This document shows positions 38,712-54,542 of a stretch of 64,000 nucleotides of DNA, one piece after another; the stretch's first letter is position 1; each line of letters starts with the position of its first letter. The translations under genes were made by a program, and so were the position numbers. Origin of the DNA: Eledone cirrhosa (lineage: Eukaryota). Under the pieces are notes generated by a model, which did no database searches, had not been told where the DNA came from, and saw only the letters and a list, made by a program, of their open reading frames with translations. The stretch spans positions 2,852,001 through 2,916,000 of the forward strand of contig OZ024754.1 in the NCBI GenBank assembly GCA_964016885.1, read 5' to 3'.

Positions 38712-38826
38712 TACACACACGTGTATCTCTCTCTATATACATATGTGTGTGTGTGTGTATATACTTGTGTATGTAAGCATATATATGAACATTTATGTAT
38801 ACATGTTTATATTCCATTGTCCTCTG

Positions 38827-38918
<92 letters not shown>

Positions 38919-39107
38919 GTATATATATACATATATACATATATGTGTAGGTATATATATATGTGTGATTGTCTGTGTATATTAGTACATATATATATAT
39001 ATATATATTTGTATATAGGTATATATCTATATATAATATATATACATATATATATGTCTGTGTGTGTGTGTATGTATATATATAATATATATATACACAC
39101 GTATATG

Positions 39108-39138
<31 letters not shown>

Positions 39139-39139
39139 T

Positions 39140-39270
39140 CTACGTGGCTGTGTCCGAAGAGACGACTGTAAGTCGGAGAAACTGTAGAGTAGCAGTGAAC
39201 TGGATCAGATGAAATAAATTATTATACTCCATCATGGTATAGAGTACTTAGTCTCCTGCTATATATCCTG
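39140..39270 (+). mobile_element. Penelope-like fragment with a degenerate hammerhead
   Basis: CCGAAGA ga cgac-tgtaa-gtcg ga GAA ACTG tagagtag CAGT G, then aataaa and a tagagtac tail. Confidence 0.45.
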
Positions 39271-40424
<1,154 letters not shown>

Positions 40425-40503
40425 ACGTGTCGGGTTAAACCCTTTATGAACAATGGTATGGTTTAATTGCCCTGTGTTAAATGTTGTACCAAGAGTTATA
40501 TAT

Positions 40504-40548
<45 letters not shown>

Positions 40549-40867
40549 TAATACATACATAACATAAATATATGTATATATAAAACTATACATATATATC
40601 TACACACACACAAATATATATGCATATATACATATATATATGTTTCGTGTGTCTCCTTATAACCAAATATAAGGTCTTATATATTCAGGTATGTATATAT
40701 GCGCACACACACAAACACATAGAGACTCACATACACATTCGTACATACATAAATACATACACATATACATACATACATTCATTCATACACACATACATAT
40801 GTACATTCATATATACATATATTCATACATACATACATACATACACACATCCATACATACACACATA

Positions 40868-40940
<73 letters not shown>

Positions 40941-41164
40941 TTCTAACAAAGACCACATAGAGAATGTCTAGTTATGCTAGTTATGTTAGTACCTGTTTGC
41001 TCGTTCACTCTCCGTTGACGAGAGTCGGTTACGCCCAGTACATCAAATGGAAACAACCACACCCTCACTTAACATAAACACACCTTCAAAGATGTATTCT
41101 TACAGCGCCAAATAGCATCACACAAACTTCCTTACAGCTTCTCGCCCTCTCTACCACACCGCGC

Positions 41165-42950
41165 TACCTCACATAGTCTCACACAGCAACACACTACCTC
41201 ACATAGCTACACATAGCCTTTCATAGCCACACACAACAACACACTACCTCACATAGCTACACACAGCCTTTCATAGTCTCACACAGCAACACACTACCTC
41301 ACATAGCCACACACAGCCTTGCATAGTCTCACACAGCAACACACTACCTCACATAGCCACACACAGCCTTGCATAGTCTCACACAGCAACACACTACCTC
41401 AACAAGCCACACACAGCCTTGCATAGTCTCACACAGCAACACACTACCTCAACAAGCCACACACAGCCTTGCATAGTCTCACACAGCAACACACTACCTC
41501 ACATAGCCACACACAGCCTTGCATAGCCTCACACAGCAACACACTACCTCACATAGCCTCACACAGCCTTTCATAGTCTCACACAGCCACACACTACCTC
41601 AACAAGCCACACACAGCCTTGCATAGCCTCACACAGCAACACACTACCTCACATAGCTACACACAGCCTCACATAGTCTCACACAGCAACACACTACCTC
41701 ACATAGCCACACACAGCCTTGCATAGTCTCACACAGCAACACACTACCTCACATAGCCACACACAGCCTTGCATAGTCTCACACAGCAACACACTACCTC
41801 ACATAGCCACACACAGCCTTGCATAGTCTCACACAGCAACACACTACCTCACATAGCCACACACAGCCTTGCATAGTCTCACACAGCAACACACTACCTC
41901 ACATAGCCACACACAGCCTTGCATAGTCTCACACAGCAACACACTACCTCACATAGCCACACACAGCCTTTCATAGTCTCACACAGCAACACACTACCTC
42001 ACATAGCCACACACAGCCTTGCATAGTCTCACACAGCAACACACTACCTCAACAAGCCACACACAGCCTTTCATAGTCTCACACAGCAACACACTACCTC
42101 ACATAGCCACACACAGCCTTGCATAGTCTCACACAGCAACACACTACCTCACATAGCCACACACAGCCTTTCATAGTCTCACACAGCAACACACTACCTC
42201 ACATAGCCACACACAGCCTTTCATAGTCTCACACAGCAACACACTACCTCACATAGCCACACACAGCCTTTCATAGTCTCACACAGCAACACACTACCTC
42301 AACAAGCCACACACAGCCTTTCATAGTCTCACACAGCCACACGTCTCACATAGCCACACACAGCCTTTCATAGTCTCACACAGCAACACACTACCTCACA
42401 TAGCCACACACAGCCTTGCATAGTCTCACACAGCAACACACTACCTCACATAGCCACACACAGCCTTGCATAGTCTCACACAGCAACACACTACCTCACA
42501 TAGCCACACACAGCCTTGCATAGTCTCACACGGCCACACGTCTCACATAGCCACACACAGCCTTGCATAGTCTCACACAGCAACATACTACCTCAACAAG
42601 CCACACACAGCCTTGCATAGTCTCACACAGCAACACACTACCTCAACAAGCCACACACAGCCTTTCATAGTCTCACACAGCAACACCCTACCTCACATAG
42701 CCACACACAGCCTTGCATAGTCTCACACAGCCACACGTCTCACATAGCCACACACAGCCTTTCATAGTCTCACACAGCAACACACTACCTCAACAAGCCA
42801 CACACAGCCTTGCATAGTCTCACACAGCAACACACTACCTCAACAAGCCACACACAGCCTTTCATAGTCTCACACAGCAACACACTACCTCACATAGCCA
42901 CACACAGCCTTGCATAGCCTCACACAGCCACACGTCTCACATAGCCACAC
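41165..42950. repeat. 50-bp minisatellite made of five 10-bp subunits, ~35 copies
   Basis: acactacctc acatagccac acacagcctt gcatagtctc acacagcaac. Confidence 0.96.
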
Positions 42951-43081
42951 ACAGTCTTACACAGCCACACACAGTCTGACATAACTATACACAGCCACAG
43001 ACAGCCACACACAGCCACAGACAGCCTTACACAGCAACACACCCCCATAGTATTATACAGTTTTGCACTGTCATACACTGT

Positions 43082-43330
43082 CACACACAGCCTCACAACC
43101 ACATATAGCCACACAACCACACACAGCCTCACAACCACATATAGCCTCACAACCACACACAGCCTCACAACCACATATAGCCTCACAACCACACACAGCC
43201 TCACAACCACATATAGCCTCACAACCACACACAGCCTCACAACCACACACAGCCACACAACCACACACAGCCTCACAACCACACACAGCCACACAACCAC
43301 ACACAGCCTCACAACCACATATAGCCTCAC
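43082..43330. repeat. 18-bp minisatellite
   Basis: Unit aca(c/t)agcc(t/a)cacaaccac. Confidence 0.9.
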
Positions 43331-43369
43331 AGTCTTATATAGTCACACAGCCGTACATAGTCTTACACA

Positions 43370-43990
43370 GTCGCACAGTCACACACTGTCACACACAGTC
43401 ACATACAGTCACACACTGTCACACACAGTCACACACTGTCACCCACTGTCACATACAATCACACTGTCACACAGTCACACACAGTCACATACAGTCACAC
43501 ACAGTCACACACTGTCAAACACTGTCACATACAGTCACATACAGTCACACACAGTCACAGTCCACACACAGTCACACACTGTCACATACTGTCACACACA
43601 GTCACACACACAGAGTCACACAGTCACACACAGTCACATACAGTCACATACAGTCACACACAGTCACACACTGTCACATACAGTCACACACTGTCACATA
43701 CAGTCACATACAGTCACATAGTCACATACAGTCACATACAGTCGCACACTGTCACATACAGTCACACACTGTCACACACTGTCACATACAGTCACATACA
43801 GTCGTACACTGTCACACACCCTCACATACAGTCACATACAGTCATACACTGTCACATAGTCACATACAGTCACATACTGTCACATACAGTCACATAGTCA
43901 CACACTGTCAAATAGTCACATACAGTCACATACAGTCATACACTGTCACACACTGTCAAATAGTCACATACAGTCACATAAGTCACACAC
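43370..43990. repeat. 10-bp minisatellite
   Basis: Unit gtcaca(c/t)ac(a/t). Confidence 0.9.
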
Positions 43991-44112
43991 AGCTGACTCC
44001 AAACAACTATGTATATATAGCCTTGCAATACAATATACACTTTCACACATACATATATACACACACAACGACACACATACATGTAAGCATGCACACACAT
44101 ACACACACACAA

Positions 44113-44180
<68 letters not shown>

Positions 44181-44480
44181 AGACACACACAGATAAACAC
44201 ATACACACACAAATACACACAGACACACACACAAATACACTTATATTCTCACTTAAAAACTACATCACATAGTTCGAACAGACAGCTTCATATAAACACA
44301 CACACACACATAGACACACTTACATACACACATAGACACATATAAAGTCCCACACACAGACACGCTTACACACACACATATATGCATTATATGCATACAT
44401 ATACACATGAACTCATACGCCTACACATACATACACAAACACATTTCCGTACATTTTCATCTCATCTTCGTACACACACA

Positions 44481-44538
<58 letters not shown>

Positions 44539-45167
44539 GAAGTATTACACTGCATCACGTAACTCTCACATACACACACATACTCACCATCTTCTCACAC
44601 AAATACACATATACACACAATCTCATACACACACATACATACAGCATTATAAGGTTTAACACATTTTCATACACGTATATACACACACACACACACAGAG
44701 CAGGCGTTACACAAACACACACACAAACACACACAGATGCGAAATATGCAGGTACACACATGCTTACACTCGGCCCATACACACATACATGCAAACATGC
44801 ACTCACCCACATTTACACGCACACATGCATGCATAGCTCACGTCCACAAGCACCCCCCCCCTCCAACAGATACACGCACACATACATACCCATACATACA
44901 TAGCCATACACACACACAGATATGCATACCCATACATACATAGCCATACATACATACCCATACATACACACCCATACATACCAATCCATACACACGCCCA
45001 CATACACACACACACACACACACACACGCCCACTGTGTCTAAGAACCAAGCAGCCTGAAATTCTTTTCTACTGCTGAACACACCTTCAAATATCTAGTCT
45101 GCAGAAAATATCATCATCATCATCAACATATGTATATGATATATATATATGTGTGTGTGTGTTCATG

Positions 45168-45208
<41 letters not shown>

Positions 45209-45243
45209 TAGGGATTGTAACGTCAAATTATTATTATTATTAA

Positions 45244-45430
45244 ATGGTGGATTGGCAGTATCGGTAGAGGGTCGGACGCCATGCTTTGCAGCATAGTTAC
45301 GTCCCTTTACGGTCTGAGTTCAAATCCCGCCGAGGTTCACTTTGCCTTTCATCCTTACGGGGTCGATAAAATAAAGTACCAGTAATGTACTGGGTAATTG
45401 CTGGCCTTGTGCCAAAAAAGTAGAAACAAT
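45244..45430 (+). mobile_element. SINE family 1, full length
   Basis: ggtggattggcagtatcggtagagggtcggacgcc...gagttcaaatcccgccgagg. Confidence 0.88.
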
Positions 45431-45540
45431 TATTATTATTAAATATACATATATATACACACACACATAACTATCTCTACCTCTCTCTATATATATATTT
45501 ATATATATATATATGAGTGTGTGTGCGTGTGTGTGTGTAT

Positions 45541-45708
45541 GTTATGGCCCTTTATGATCTGAGTTCAAATCCCGCCGAGGTTAACTTTGCCTTTCATCCT
45601 TACGGGGTCGATAAAATAAAGTATCAGTCACGCACTGGGGTGGATTTAATCGACTTTCCCCTCCCCCCAAAAAAAAAATTGCTGGCCTTGTGCCTATATA
45701 AGAAACCA
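45541..45708 (+). mobile_element. SINE family 1, long-tail variant, 5'-truncated
   Basis: Close match to ~51188-51348. Confidence 0.85.
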
Positions 45709-45896
45709 TTATATTTATATATATATATATATATATATATTTCGGCTTTATATTGTTTAAAATAATGGTTTCTTAGATTATATATCCGTTAATTGTTATA
45801 ATATAACCATTAGTTAAATAACTTGTATTGAAACATGTGTAAAACTATGAAATGATTTAGGAAATCTATTCTGTCATCTAAAATTTGTTTTATATA

Positions 45897-45965
45897 TGAT
45901 GACCTTGTGATAAACAGGCGAAACTCCAGAGTAACAAGACTCACTATTTAGCCTTCATAAATGAA
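45897..45965 (+). mobile_element. Family D fragment with a 5'-truncated hammerhead
   Basis: TGATGA ccttgtgataaacaggc GAA ACTC ca GAGT A acaagac; homologous to ~8041-8114 (-). Confidence 0.6.
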
Positions 45966-45967
45966 CG

Positions 45968-46052
<85 letters not shown>

Positions 46053-46271
46053 TTTTTCATTTTATACTTTTAATTTTAATGTTTTACCAATGCCTCCAGT
46101 ATCTTATATTCTTCTCACGCTGGTGGTTCGAAATTCCTGTAATGAAAGACACCCTCTCCTGTGTCTTTCCCCCTCTATATATTGTATTTTAAAGTGCCCA
46201 GGAAAACTATTTCCTTTGAGCTCATTTATTTACAGGATTATACGCGAGTCCTTTGCTCCGTTATTTTTACT

Positions 46272-46307
<36 letters not shown>

Positions 46308-46593
46308 GGGATAACAGATTATTGTTATAGGTAGTCCACTTAGGTGTAGTCCAGTTAGGGTACTCCGAGTAGTGGATGGTATCAACGCTTGGTGTACACA
46401 CACACACACAGACACACACACACACACATATATATATATATGATTCCAGTTCCTCGGAGGACTAAGAACACACCCAGGAGCTGGACATATCGATGTATTG
46501 ACAGAGTGGAAGACACTTCAACAACATGTGTACCTGTCTTTTCCACACCAATTCGGACTTATAAACTTACTTTCAAAGAGGTCCTGCAAAGGC

Positions 46594-46740
46594 TGTGGTA
46601 AGATACCAGCTGGACCATAACGCACCAGAGTACTCAATACTTAGGGTAGTAGAGTGGGTAATAGGAACGAGTAGGACTCCGACGGATCTAGCTGTCGAAA
46701 CGGCCGGAGCTCAGGCGTCGGAGTCCTGACTCTTTTCCTC
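46594..46740 (-). mobile_element. Family C mini-element, diverged
   Basis: Reverse tail gagtactcaatacttagggtagtagagtggg plus a collapsed palindrome. Confidence 0.72.
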
Positions 46741-46779
46741 TATATATATATATATATATATATAAAGATTTACATATAC

Positions 46780-46818
<39 letters not shown>

Positions 46819-46945
46819 AACACACACACACACATATATATATTTGTAGATTTGTATATGTATATATATATATGTATGTGCTTTTGTGTGTATATACATA
46901 TAGATATATGTGTGTATATGCATGTGTGTATATATATATGTAAAT

Positions 46946-47000
<55 letters not shown>

Positions 47001-47006
<6 letters not shown>

Positions 47007-47184
47007 AAGGAGCTTCTACAGGACTAGTACTGTTTCATTCAGATGAAATCTTCAGGAAGCTCATCATTCATCTGAATGAAACAGTACTAGTCCTGTAGAA
47101 GCTCCTTCTATAAAATAAAAAAATTTTACTCTGCCCTGTATTGAGTACCTTACTTACTGTGGTTATCCCCGACTCAACCCGGGA
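47001..47184. mobile_element. Family B mini-element with a perfect 47-bp inverted repeat and tail
   Basis: Arms 47001-47047 and 47067-47113; inserted in (TA)n. Confidence 0.85.
47010..47062 (-). ncRNA. Type I hammerhead ribozyme (family B)
   Basis: gagcttc CTGAAGA t ttc-atct-gaa t GAA ACAG tactagtc CTGT A gaagctc. Stem I covaries with the 17943 copy. Confidence 0.68.
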
Positions 47185-47189
47185 CCTAC

Positions 47190-47222
<33 letters not shown>

Positions 47223-47535
47223 CAGGCGAAAACAAAATACAGAATCCATGTACCCAATATTCAAATCCCAATCTCTCTCTCACACACACACAATCTCACA
47301 CACCCTCACCCTCACTCTCACACACAAACTCACGCACACAGACACACACACACAGACCACACACCAACACACCCACCAAATATACTCCTGACCTTTGCCA
47401 AGACCTCATGTCTAGTATATTCCACAAGAGTAAGATGTCCAACCAAATGACCTTTAGTTATTCTAGTAATTAGAGCAAATACTGTGTAGCTGGAATGTTA
47501 CTGACTTTTATTTCAGTGGAATTCCATCAACCATG

Positions 47536-47627
47536 GCACTCTCATTCGAGTGCCACTCACATCAGAGTGTCACTCACATTCGAGTGCCACTCACATTAGA
47601 GTGTCACTCACATTAGAGTGCGACTCA
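47536..47627. repeat. 17-bp minisatellite with internal dyad (cactc...gagtg), ~5 copies
   Basis: Unit cactcacattagagtgt. Confidence 0.85.
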
Positions 47628-47636
47628 GGCAACATC

Positions 47637-47730
47637 GTTAACCTCGACGGGATATGAACTCAAACAGTAAAGGGCCGTAGCTCTATGCTTCAAAGCATGG
47701 CGCCCGACTCTCTACCGATACTACCAATCC
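47637..47730 (-). mobile_element. SINE family 1 head
   Basis: gttaacctcgacggg...aagcatggcgcccgactctctaccgatact. Confidence 0.75.
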
Positions 47731-47871
47731 TTCATTGCGTTTATTGGTTGGTGACGCGCGTTTCGCTACTGATCAGCTCAAGGTTCGATCTGTATCGATC
47801 TCTGGAATCAAAAGCTCGTCGGACCTCTGTTGTGGTAATGACCTATAGTAACCTCGCGTTACACTTCCTGG
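47728..47871 (-). mobile_element. Family E mini-element with a CCGACGA hammerhead variant (47750-47825)
   Basis: Minus strand ggt CCGACGA gct...(~50 nt)...agc GAA ACGCGCGT C acc. Confidence 0.6.
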
Positions 47872-47888
47872 ATATATATATCACCTTG

Positions 47889-48085
<197 letters not shown>

Positions 48086-48215
48086 AGATAGATAGATAGA
48101 TATATAGATATATATAGACACACAGATGCATACATAGGTACATAGATACACACACACACATACACATATACATGTCAGCTTCACAAACCACAGTATTTTC
48201 TATGTAAGGAGACTT

Positions 48216-48230
48216 CCAGTAGATGGCGCT
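48216..48230 (+). promoter_or_regulatory. CTCF consensus motif
   Basis: CCAGTAGATGGCGCT exactly fits CCASYAGRKGGCRS and lies in non-repetitive sequence. Motif match only. Confidence 0.45.
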
Positions 48231-48313
48231 GCTCTCAGTCGACCAAATCCCATGAAAGCTCTAATTTTACAATATTGCATATTCTCTCTTTCATTCCATA
48301 GTATTATAACCTA

Positions 48314-48387
<74 letters not shown>

Positions 48388-49237
48388 TTAATTTCCATAC
48401 TATAAACGATGTCTTAGATGTAATGGTAGTGGTGGTGGCGGTGGTGGTGAGGGATGGTGGTGGTGGTGATGGTGGTGGTGGTGGTGAGGGATGGTGGTGT
48501 TTGTGGTGGCGATGATGGTGAGGGATGGTGGTGGTGGTGGTGGCAGTGTTGGTGAGGGATGGTGGTGTTGGTGGCGGTGATGGTGGTGATGGTGGTGGTA
48601 GTGGTGGTGGTGGTGAGGGATGGTGGTGTTTGTGGTGGTGGTGGTGGCGGTGATGGTGAGGGATGGTGGTGGTTGTGGTGGTGGTGGTGGTTGTGGTGGT
48701 GGCGGTGGTGGTGAGGGATGGTGGTGGTGGTGGTCGTGGTGATGTTGGAGGTGGTGCTGGTGGTGGTGGTGGTGGTGGTGGTAGTAGTGGTGGTGGAGTA
48801 TTAGAATATCTGAATCCTTCTTACCTAACCAACATTCTATTACGTTTAATTTAATCCCATTTCCCCGTCCACCACCACCACCACCATTACCACCACCACC
48901 AACAACAACAACGACAACAACCACCACCACCACCCACACACTACACCACCAGTTTACATCTTCAAGATTCCATACCCTACACAATACCACCACCACCACG
49001 ACACCACCACCACCACTACACCACTACCACCACCACCACCACCACTCTATGAAGCAAGATTTCACGTTGGTATTTACCCAACATATGACATTGTTTCGTC
49101 GTATGATTTATTGGTCTGGTTGTTGTTATTGCTGCTGTTGTAGTTGTTGATGTTGCTGTAGCTTGTTGCTATTGTTGTTGTTGTTACTGTTTTATTGCTG
49201 TTGTTGTTACTGTTTTATTGCTGTTGTTGTCACCGTT

Positions 49238-49300
49238 GAAGAAGAAGAAGAAGAAGAAGAAGAAGAAGAAGAAGAAGAAGAAGAAGAAGAAGAAGAAGAA
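49238..49300. repeat. (GAA)n microsatellite
   Basis: Direct reading. Confidence 0.95.
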
Positions 49301-49797
49301 TTATTGGTGTAGTGCCTAAATAAGAGTTGTGTAGTAAAAGTCCATCAAACTAAACGGTGTGTTTCAGTGTGGAATATTCCAGATGAACCATGTTTCGTGT
49401 TGAATCAACAAAAATATGGAGATTGGCCAAATATTACAAAAATCAACAACAAAAAACACATCTCTGGAACTGTTTCACCCATTTTTGCCAATTAAAAACA
49501 CTTTGTGTCCGTCTGTTTGTTTTTTTTTAGTCTATGTTTGATTATTTTTAGATTTTTCTAAATCTTTTTTTTTTTACTTTATTTCCCTCCCCCCTTTCCA
49601 CCATTTCTCCTTAATGCCGTATTTTTTCTTCTTCTTCTTCTATATGTAGACAACCTTACACGAGCTGACGAACATATTTTCACACATAAAGACTTCTATA
49701 AGTAAAATGTATAAATAGTGTATATATACTGTATACCGTATGAGAGGTCAGTTTTGAAACGGCTCCTCCACTACACACACACACACACGCACACACA

Positions 49798-49844
<47 letters not shown>

Positions 49845-50062
49845 CTACATATATATTTACATATATATCTACACACACACACATATACATATATATATAT
49901 ATATATATCTACACACACACACACACACATATATATCTACATATATATTTACATATATATCTACACACACACACACACACACATATATATATCTACATAT
50001 ATATATTTACATATATATCTACACACACACACACATATACATATATATATATATATATATAT

Positions 50063-50093
<31 letters not shown>

Positions 50094-51130
50094 CTACATA
50101 TATATTTACATATATATCTACACACACACACACATATACATATATATATATCTACACACACACACACACATATATATCTACATATATATTTACATATATA
50201 TCTACACACACACACACATATACATATATATATATATCTACACACACACATATATATATCTACATATATATTTACATATATATCTACACACACACACATA
50301 TACATATATATATAGAGAGAGACAGAGGAGGGGAGAAACATTTCCAAATGTCTGTCAAGTTTAGCTATCCTAATTCCTTTTTCATTAACTAAATTCTTGG
50401 AAGTAAATGGCAGTGTTGTATTCCTCGGGTGCCAATTGCATCGTTCTTGTTTTCTGTCTTATTTTAAAACCATTTCTTACTTTCTTTCCTCCATGCATTC
50501 ATGCAATGTCCGTGGATTTTGTCGAATAAATGTTTAATCTTTGAGGTATTTAATTTTGCACCCAACTTCGACATTGTCGATAAAAACAATAGAGCGATGT
50601 TTGGTCATAGATTGGTTCTTCCAAATATCTTAGAATTCTACATAGCTTTTGTTGTTGTTGTTGTTGTTGTTGGAGATGTTGCTGTTGTTGTTGTTTAAAG
50701 TAGTCGTTTAAAGTAGTCGCTTTTGAGTACTGTTTGACAGCAAAAAACATTTCCTTAAATGAAAAACCAATTTTTACTTAATATCATTCTTTAACCAGCC
50801 AATCTCATCAGCAGAAATTGTCACATTCGCTCGTAAAACTTCTATCATAAATAATGCCTGTCCAATTTTAATGTCTTTTATTTTTTACATTACCAAACAA
50901 CCTCCTCCTTACACACACACACACACATAGAAACACGCATATACTCACACACACAGAAACAAGCATATACACACATACAAACAAGCACACACACACACAC
51001 ATGCTAGCATCTACACATAGGAAAACAATTGTCTTGATATTTACTTATTCAAATCATTTAAACGTATATAGTGATAAAAGAAATTTATTTAAAACTCAAC
51101 ACAAAACATTCTATTATATATATGTGTGTA

Positions 51131-51348
51131 AGGCGGTGGATTGGCAGTATCGGTAGAGGGTCGGACGCCATGCTTTTCAGCATAGAGTTACGTCTCTTTA
51201 TGATCTGAGCTCAAATCCCGCCGAGGTTAACTTTGCCTTTCATCCTTACGGGGTCGATAAAATAAAGTACCAGTCACGCACTGGGGTCGAATTAATCGAC
51301 TTTCCCCTCCCCCCAAATTACTGGCCTTGTGCCTGTATAAGAAACCAT
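51131..51348 (+). mobile_element. SINE family 1, long-tail variant, full length
   Basis: aggcggtggattggcagtatcgg...gggtcgaattaatcgactttcccctccccc...ggccttgtgcct. Confidence 0.88.
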
Positions 51349-51512
51349 TATATATATATATGTGTGTCTCTGTCTCTGTGTGACTGTGTATATGTATATA
51401 TATATATATGTATATACATATATATATAATACACACTCACACATACATGTACATATATATGTATATATATATATATATATACACACTCACACATATACAC
51501 ACATACATGTAC

Positions 51513-51544
<32 letters not shown>

Positions 51545-51568
51545 TCACACATATACACATACATGTAC

Positions 51569-51601
<33 letters not shown>

Positions 51602-51752
51602 CTCACACATATACACATATGTACGTACATATATATATAGACACACACTCACACATATACACATATATACAAACACACACATGTACATATATGTACATAT
51701 ATATATAGACACACACTCACACATGTACACATATAAAAACACACACATGTAC

Positions 51753-51784
<32 letters not shown>

Positions 51785-52515
51785 TCACACATGTACACAT
51801 TAGAAGCTTTTTTTTTTACAAAATTGTAATTTTTCAATAATTAAACAATCTCGACCACAAAAAAAAATCTGTTTTTTACTTTTTTTTGTTTTCTTTTTTT
51901 ATGGGTGGGGAAGTGGGGTGGGGTGTTTGTTAATTTTCTACTTTAAAACCTAATTTTGTAATAGGAAAAATCCGATAGCTCCCCCATTTCATGGTAAATT
52001 CTCTCTCTCTATCTATCTTTCTTACTATCCCTGTCTCTCTTTATCTTTCTCACTATCCCTCTCTCTCTCTCTTACACTTTCTCTCTCGTTCTATCTCTGA
52101 CTATATGACTATCTGTATATCTCTCTTTTCTCGCTCTCCCTCTCTCTCGCTCTCTCTCTCTCTCACCGTTTCTCTTTCTTCCTCACTCTCTCCACCTCTC
52201 TCTCTCACTCTCTCACACTTTCTCCTCCTCCCGTCCCTCTCTCCCCTCTTCAATTTCTCAATGAATTCGGGTTTTTCAAACAATTTCTCTTTGTATTTGA
52301 CATTAATAAAAAAAGAGATTTTCTCGATAGGAGATTCTAGAACCACACACACACACACATACACATACACACACACACACACATACACACATACATGTAC
52401 GAACAGAAACCCGTTCACAGAGCTTTGTATGTATATATGTATGTATATGCCTGTATATATAATTATATATATATATATGTGTATGTATATACGCATACAT
52501 ACGTACGAACATATA

Positions 52516-52572
<57 letters not shown>

Positions 52573-52875
52573 CACGTACATACATGCATATTTTACATAT
52601 TTATAGATGAATGAACATATAATTTATTTAATAGTTTTTGTGAATTATATATACATACATACATGTATATATATACGTATGTGTGTATATATGTATATAT
52701 ATATGTGTGTATGTATGTATATATGTATGTATATACGTATGTGTGTATATATGTATATATATATATGTGTGTGTATGTATGTATGTATATATGTATGCAC
52801 GTATATATACATATACGTACATATACACATATGTTGCTACGTACGTATTTGAGTATGTAAGTATATATATGTACG

Positions 52876-52928
<53 letters not shown>

Positions 52929-53023
52929 GTATGTATGCGAGTATATATATATATATATGTACGTATGTATGTATGTGAGTATATATATATATATATTATT
53001 GGCAACATGACCCTCCAAAGTAT

Positions 53024-53073
<50 letters not shown>

Positions 53074-53549
53074 CTCCTAATTTATAAGTAAATCCCACAA
53101 TAAACATCTTTAAATTGAAACCAGTCCATAGCGATTTATATAAACTTCAATTTTTCCCTCGTGCTCTCGCTCAGCTCTAGGTCAGGAGTGTCAAAATCTT
53201 CCTATGATTTAGATAAATTATAAAGTTATTTAATAATATCTGCCGCTTATGTTGCCTGACATTAGTTCCGACATTTTAACAAATTTCTTCAGTTTTGCAA
53301 TAAAAAAAAACAATTGTTTGGGATTTCGTTTTGTCCCTTTTTTTTTTTTTTTTTGTCAACATTCAGAAAGAGATCTGTGATATTGTTTTATATTGTTTTA
53401 GGGTTGAAGAAAAAAACAATATCTATATAGCTATAGTCGCATGTTGTTGTTGTGACAGCTCACACCTATGCAGGTTTAGCTGGCCTCCTCCAAGGTATAT
53501 CACGTTGGAGGTATCTTGGTAATTTAATGATAGGGACCCCAGTCCTACC

Positions 53550-53690
53550 ATCTCATTTCTACAGCTGAGTAAACTGGAGCAACGTGAAATAAAGTGTCTT
53601 GCTCAAGGAAACAACACATCACTCGGTCCGAGAATTGAACTTACAAACTTTCGATTGCAAGCCCAATGCTCTAACCACTAGGCCATGCGT
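53550..53690 (-). mobile_element. tRNA-derived SINE family 3 (CORE-like body)
   Basis: Minus strand tggcctagtggttagagcattgg...gttcaattctc...ccttgagcaagacactttatttcacgttgc. Confidence 0.7.
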
Positions 53691-53721
53691 CGTATAGATC
53701 CTGTATATATATAGTTTGTGA

Positions 53722-53836
53722 AGGCGTGTGGCTGAGTAGTTAGGGAATTGGATTCGCAATCGTGAGTTTATGAGGTCGATTTCCGGATGGGTAGTGCGTT
53801 ATGTCCTTGAGCAAGACACTTTATTTCACGTTGCCC
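53722..53836 (+). mobile_element. SINE family 3, head-to-head with the previous copy
   Basis: aggcgtgtggctgagtagttaggg...gtccttgagcaagacactttatttcacgttgc. Confidence 0.7.
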
Positions 53837-54220
53837 CTTCTGCCTGGATTTGCAACCAGTAGATAGTATTTGAAAAAAAACAATTGGAAAAGACCAATGG
53901 AAAATTGTTTCCGATTTGACGAAATCTGGGACGATTAAATTGAATAAATAAATAAATAAAAGCATTCAAAAATACAGACACATACATACACATTTATGCA
54001 TACATACACTCAAAAACACACACAAACATATACGTAATACATTAATTTATTCATATACATATACATATATTAATTATGTCTATTAATATATATATATATG
54101 TTTATGTCTATCAATATATATATATATGTTTATGTCTATCAATATATATATATATATGTTTATGTCTATCAATATATATATATATGTTTATGTCTATCAA
54201 TATATATATATATATGTTTA

Positions 54221-54326
54221 TCCCGGGTTCAATCGGGGTTAACCACAGTAAGTAAGCTACTCAATACAAAGCAGCAGAGTGTAAGTATTTGAAACAGTTC
54301 TAGTCCTGTAGAAGCCTTTTCTATAT

Positions 54327-54330
<4 letters not shown>
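54221..54330 (-). mobile_element. Family B mini-element (reverse tail plus arm)
   Basis: cccgggttcaatcggggttaaccacagtaagtaagctactcaatac...gaaacagttctagtcctgtagaagcc. Confidence 0.72.
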
Positions 54331-54386
<56 letters not shown>

Positions 54387-54542
54387 TAACAGATTAAAGT
54401 TTAAGCAAAGAATCACTGCTTTCACCCTTCTGAAGATCCATGGCGACACCAGCGAAACTTTAATGTTATTTTAATAAATATTTGCTCTACGGTTCTTATA
54501 TATTTGATATATATTTATCCTTATCGAGCCCTCTTTGGATTT

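Noticed and set aside
43063-44196. 377-aa TASQPH/SHTVT repeat ORF
   Set aside because: Translation of 18-bp and 10-bp CA-rich minisatellites.
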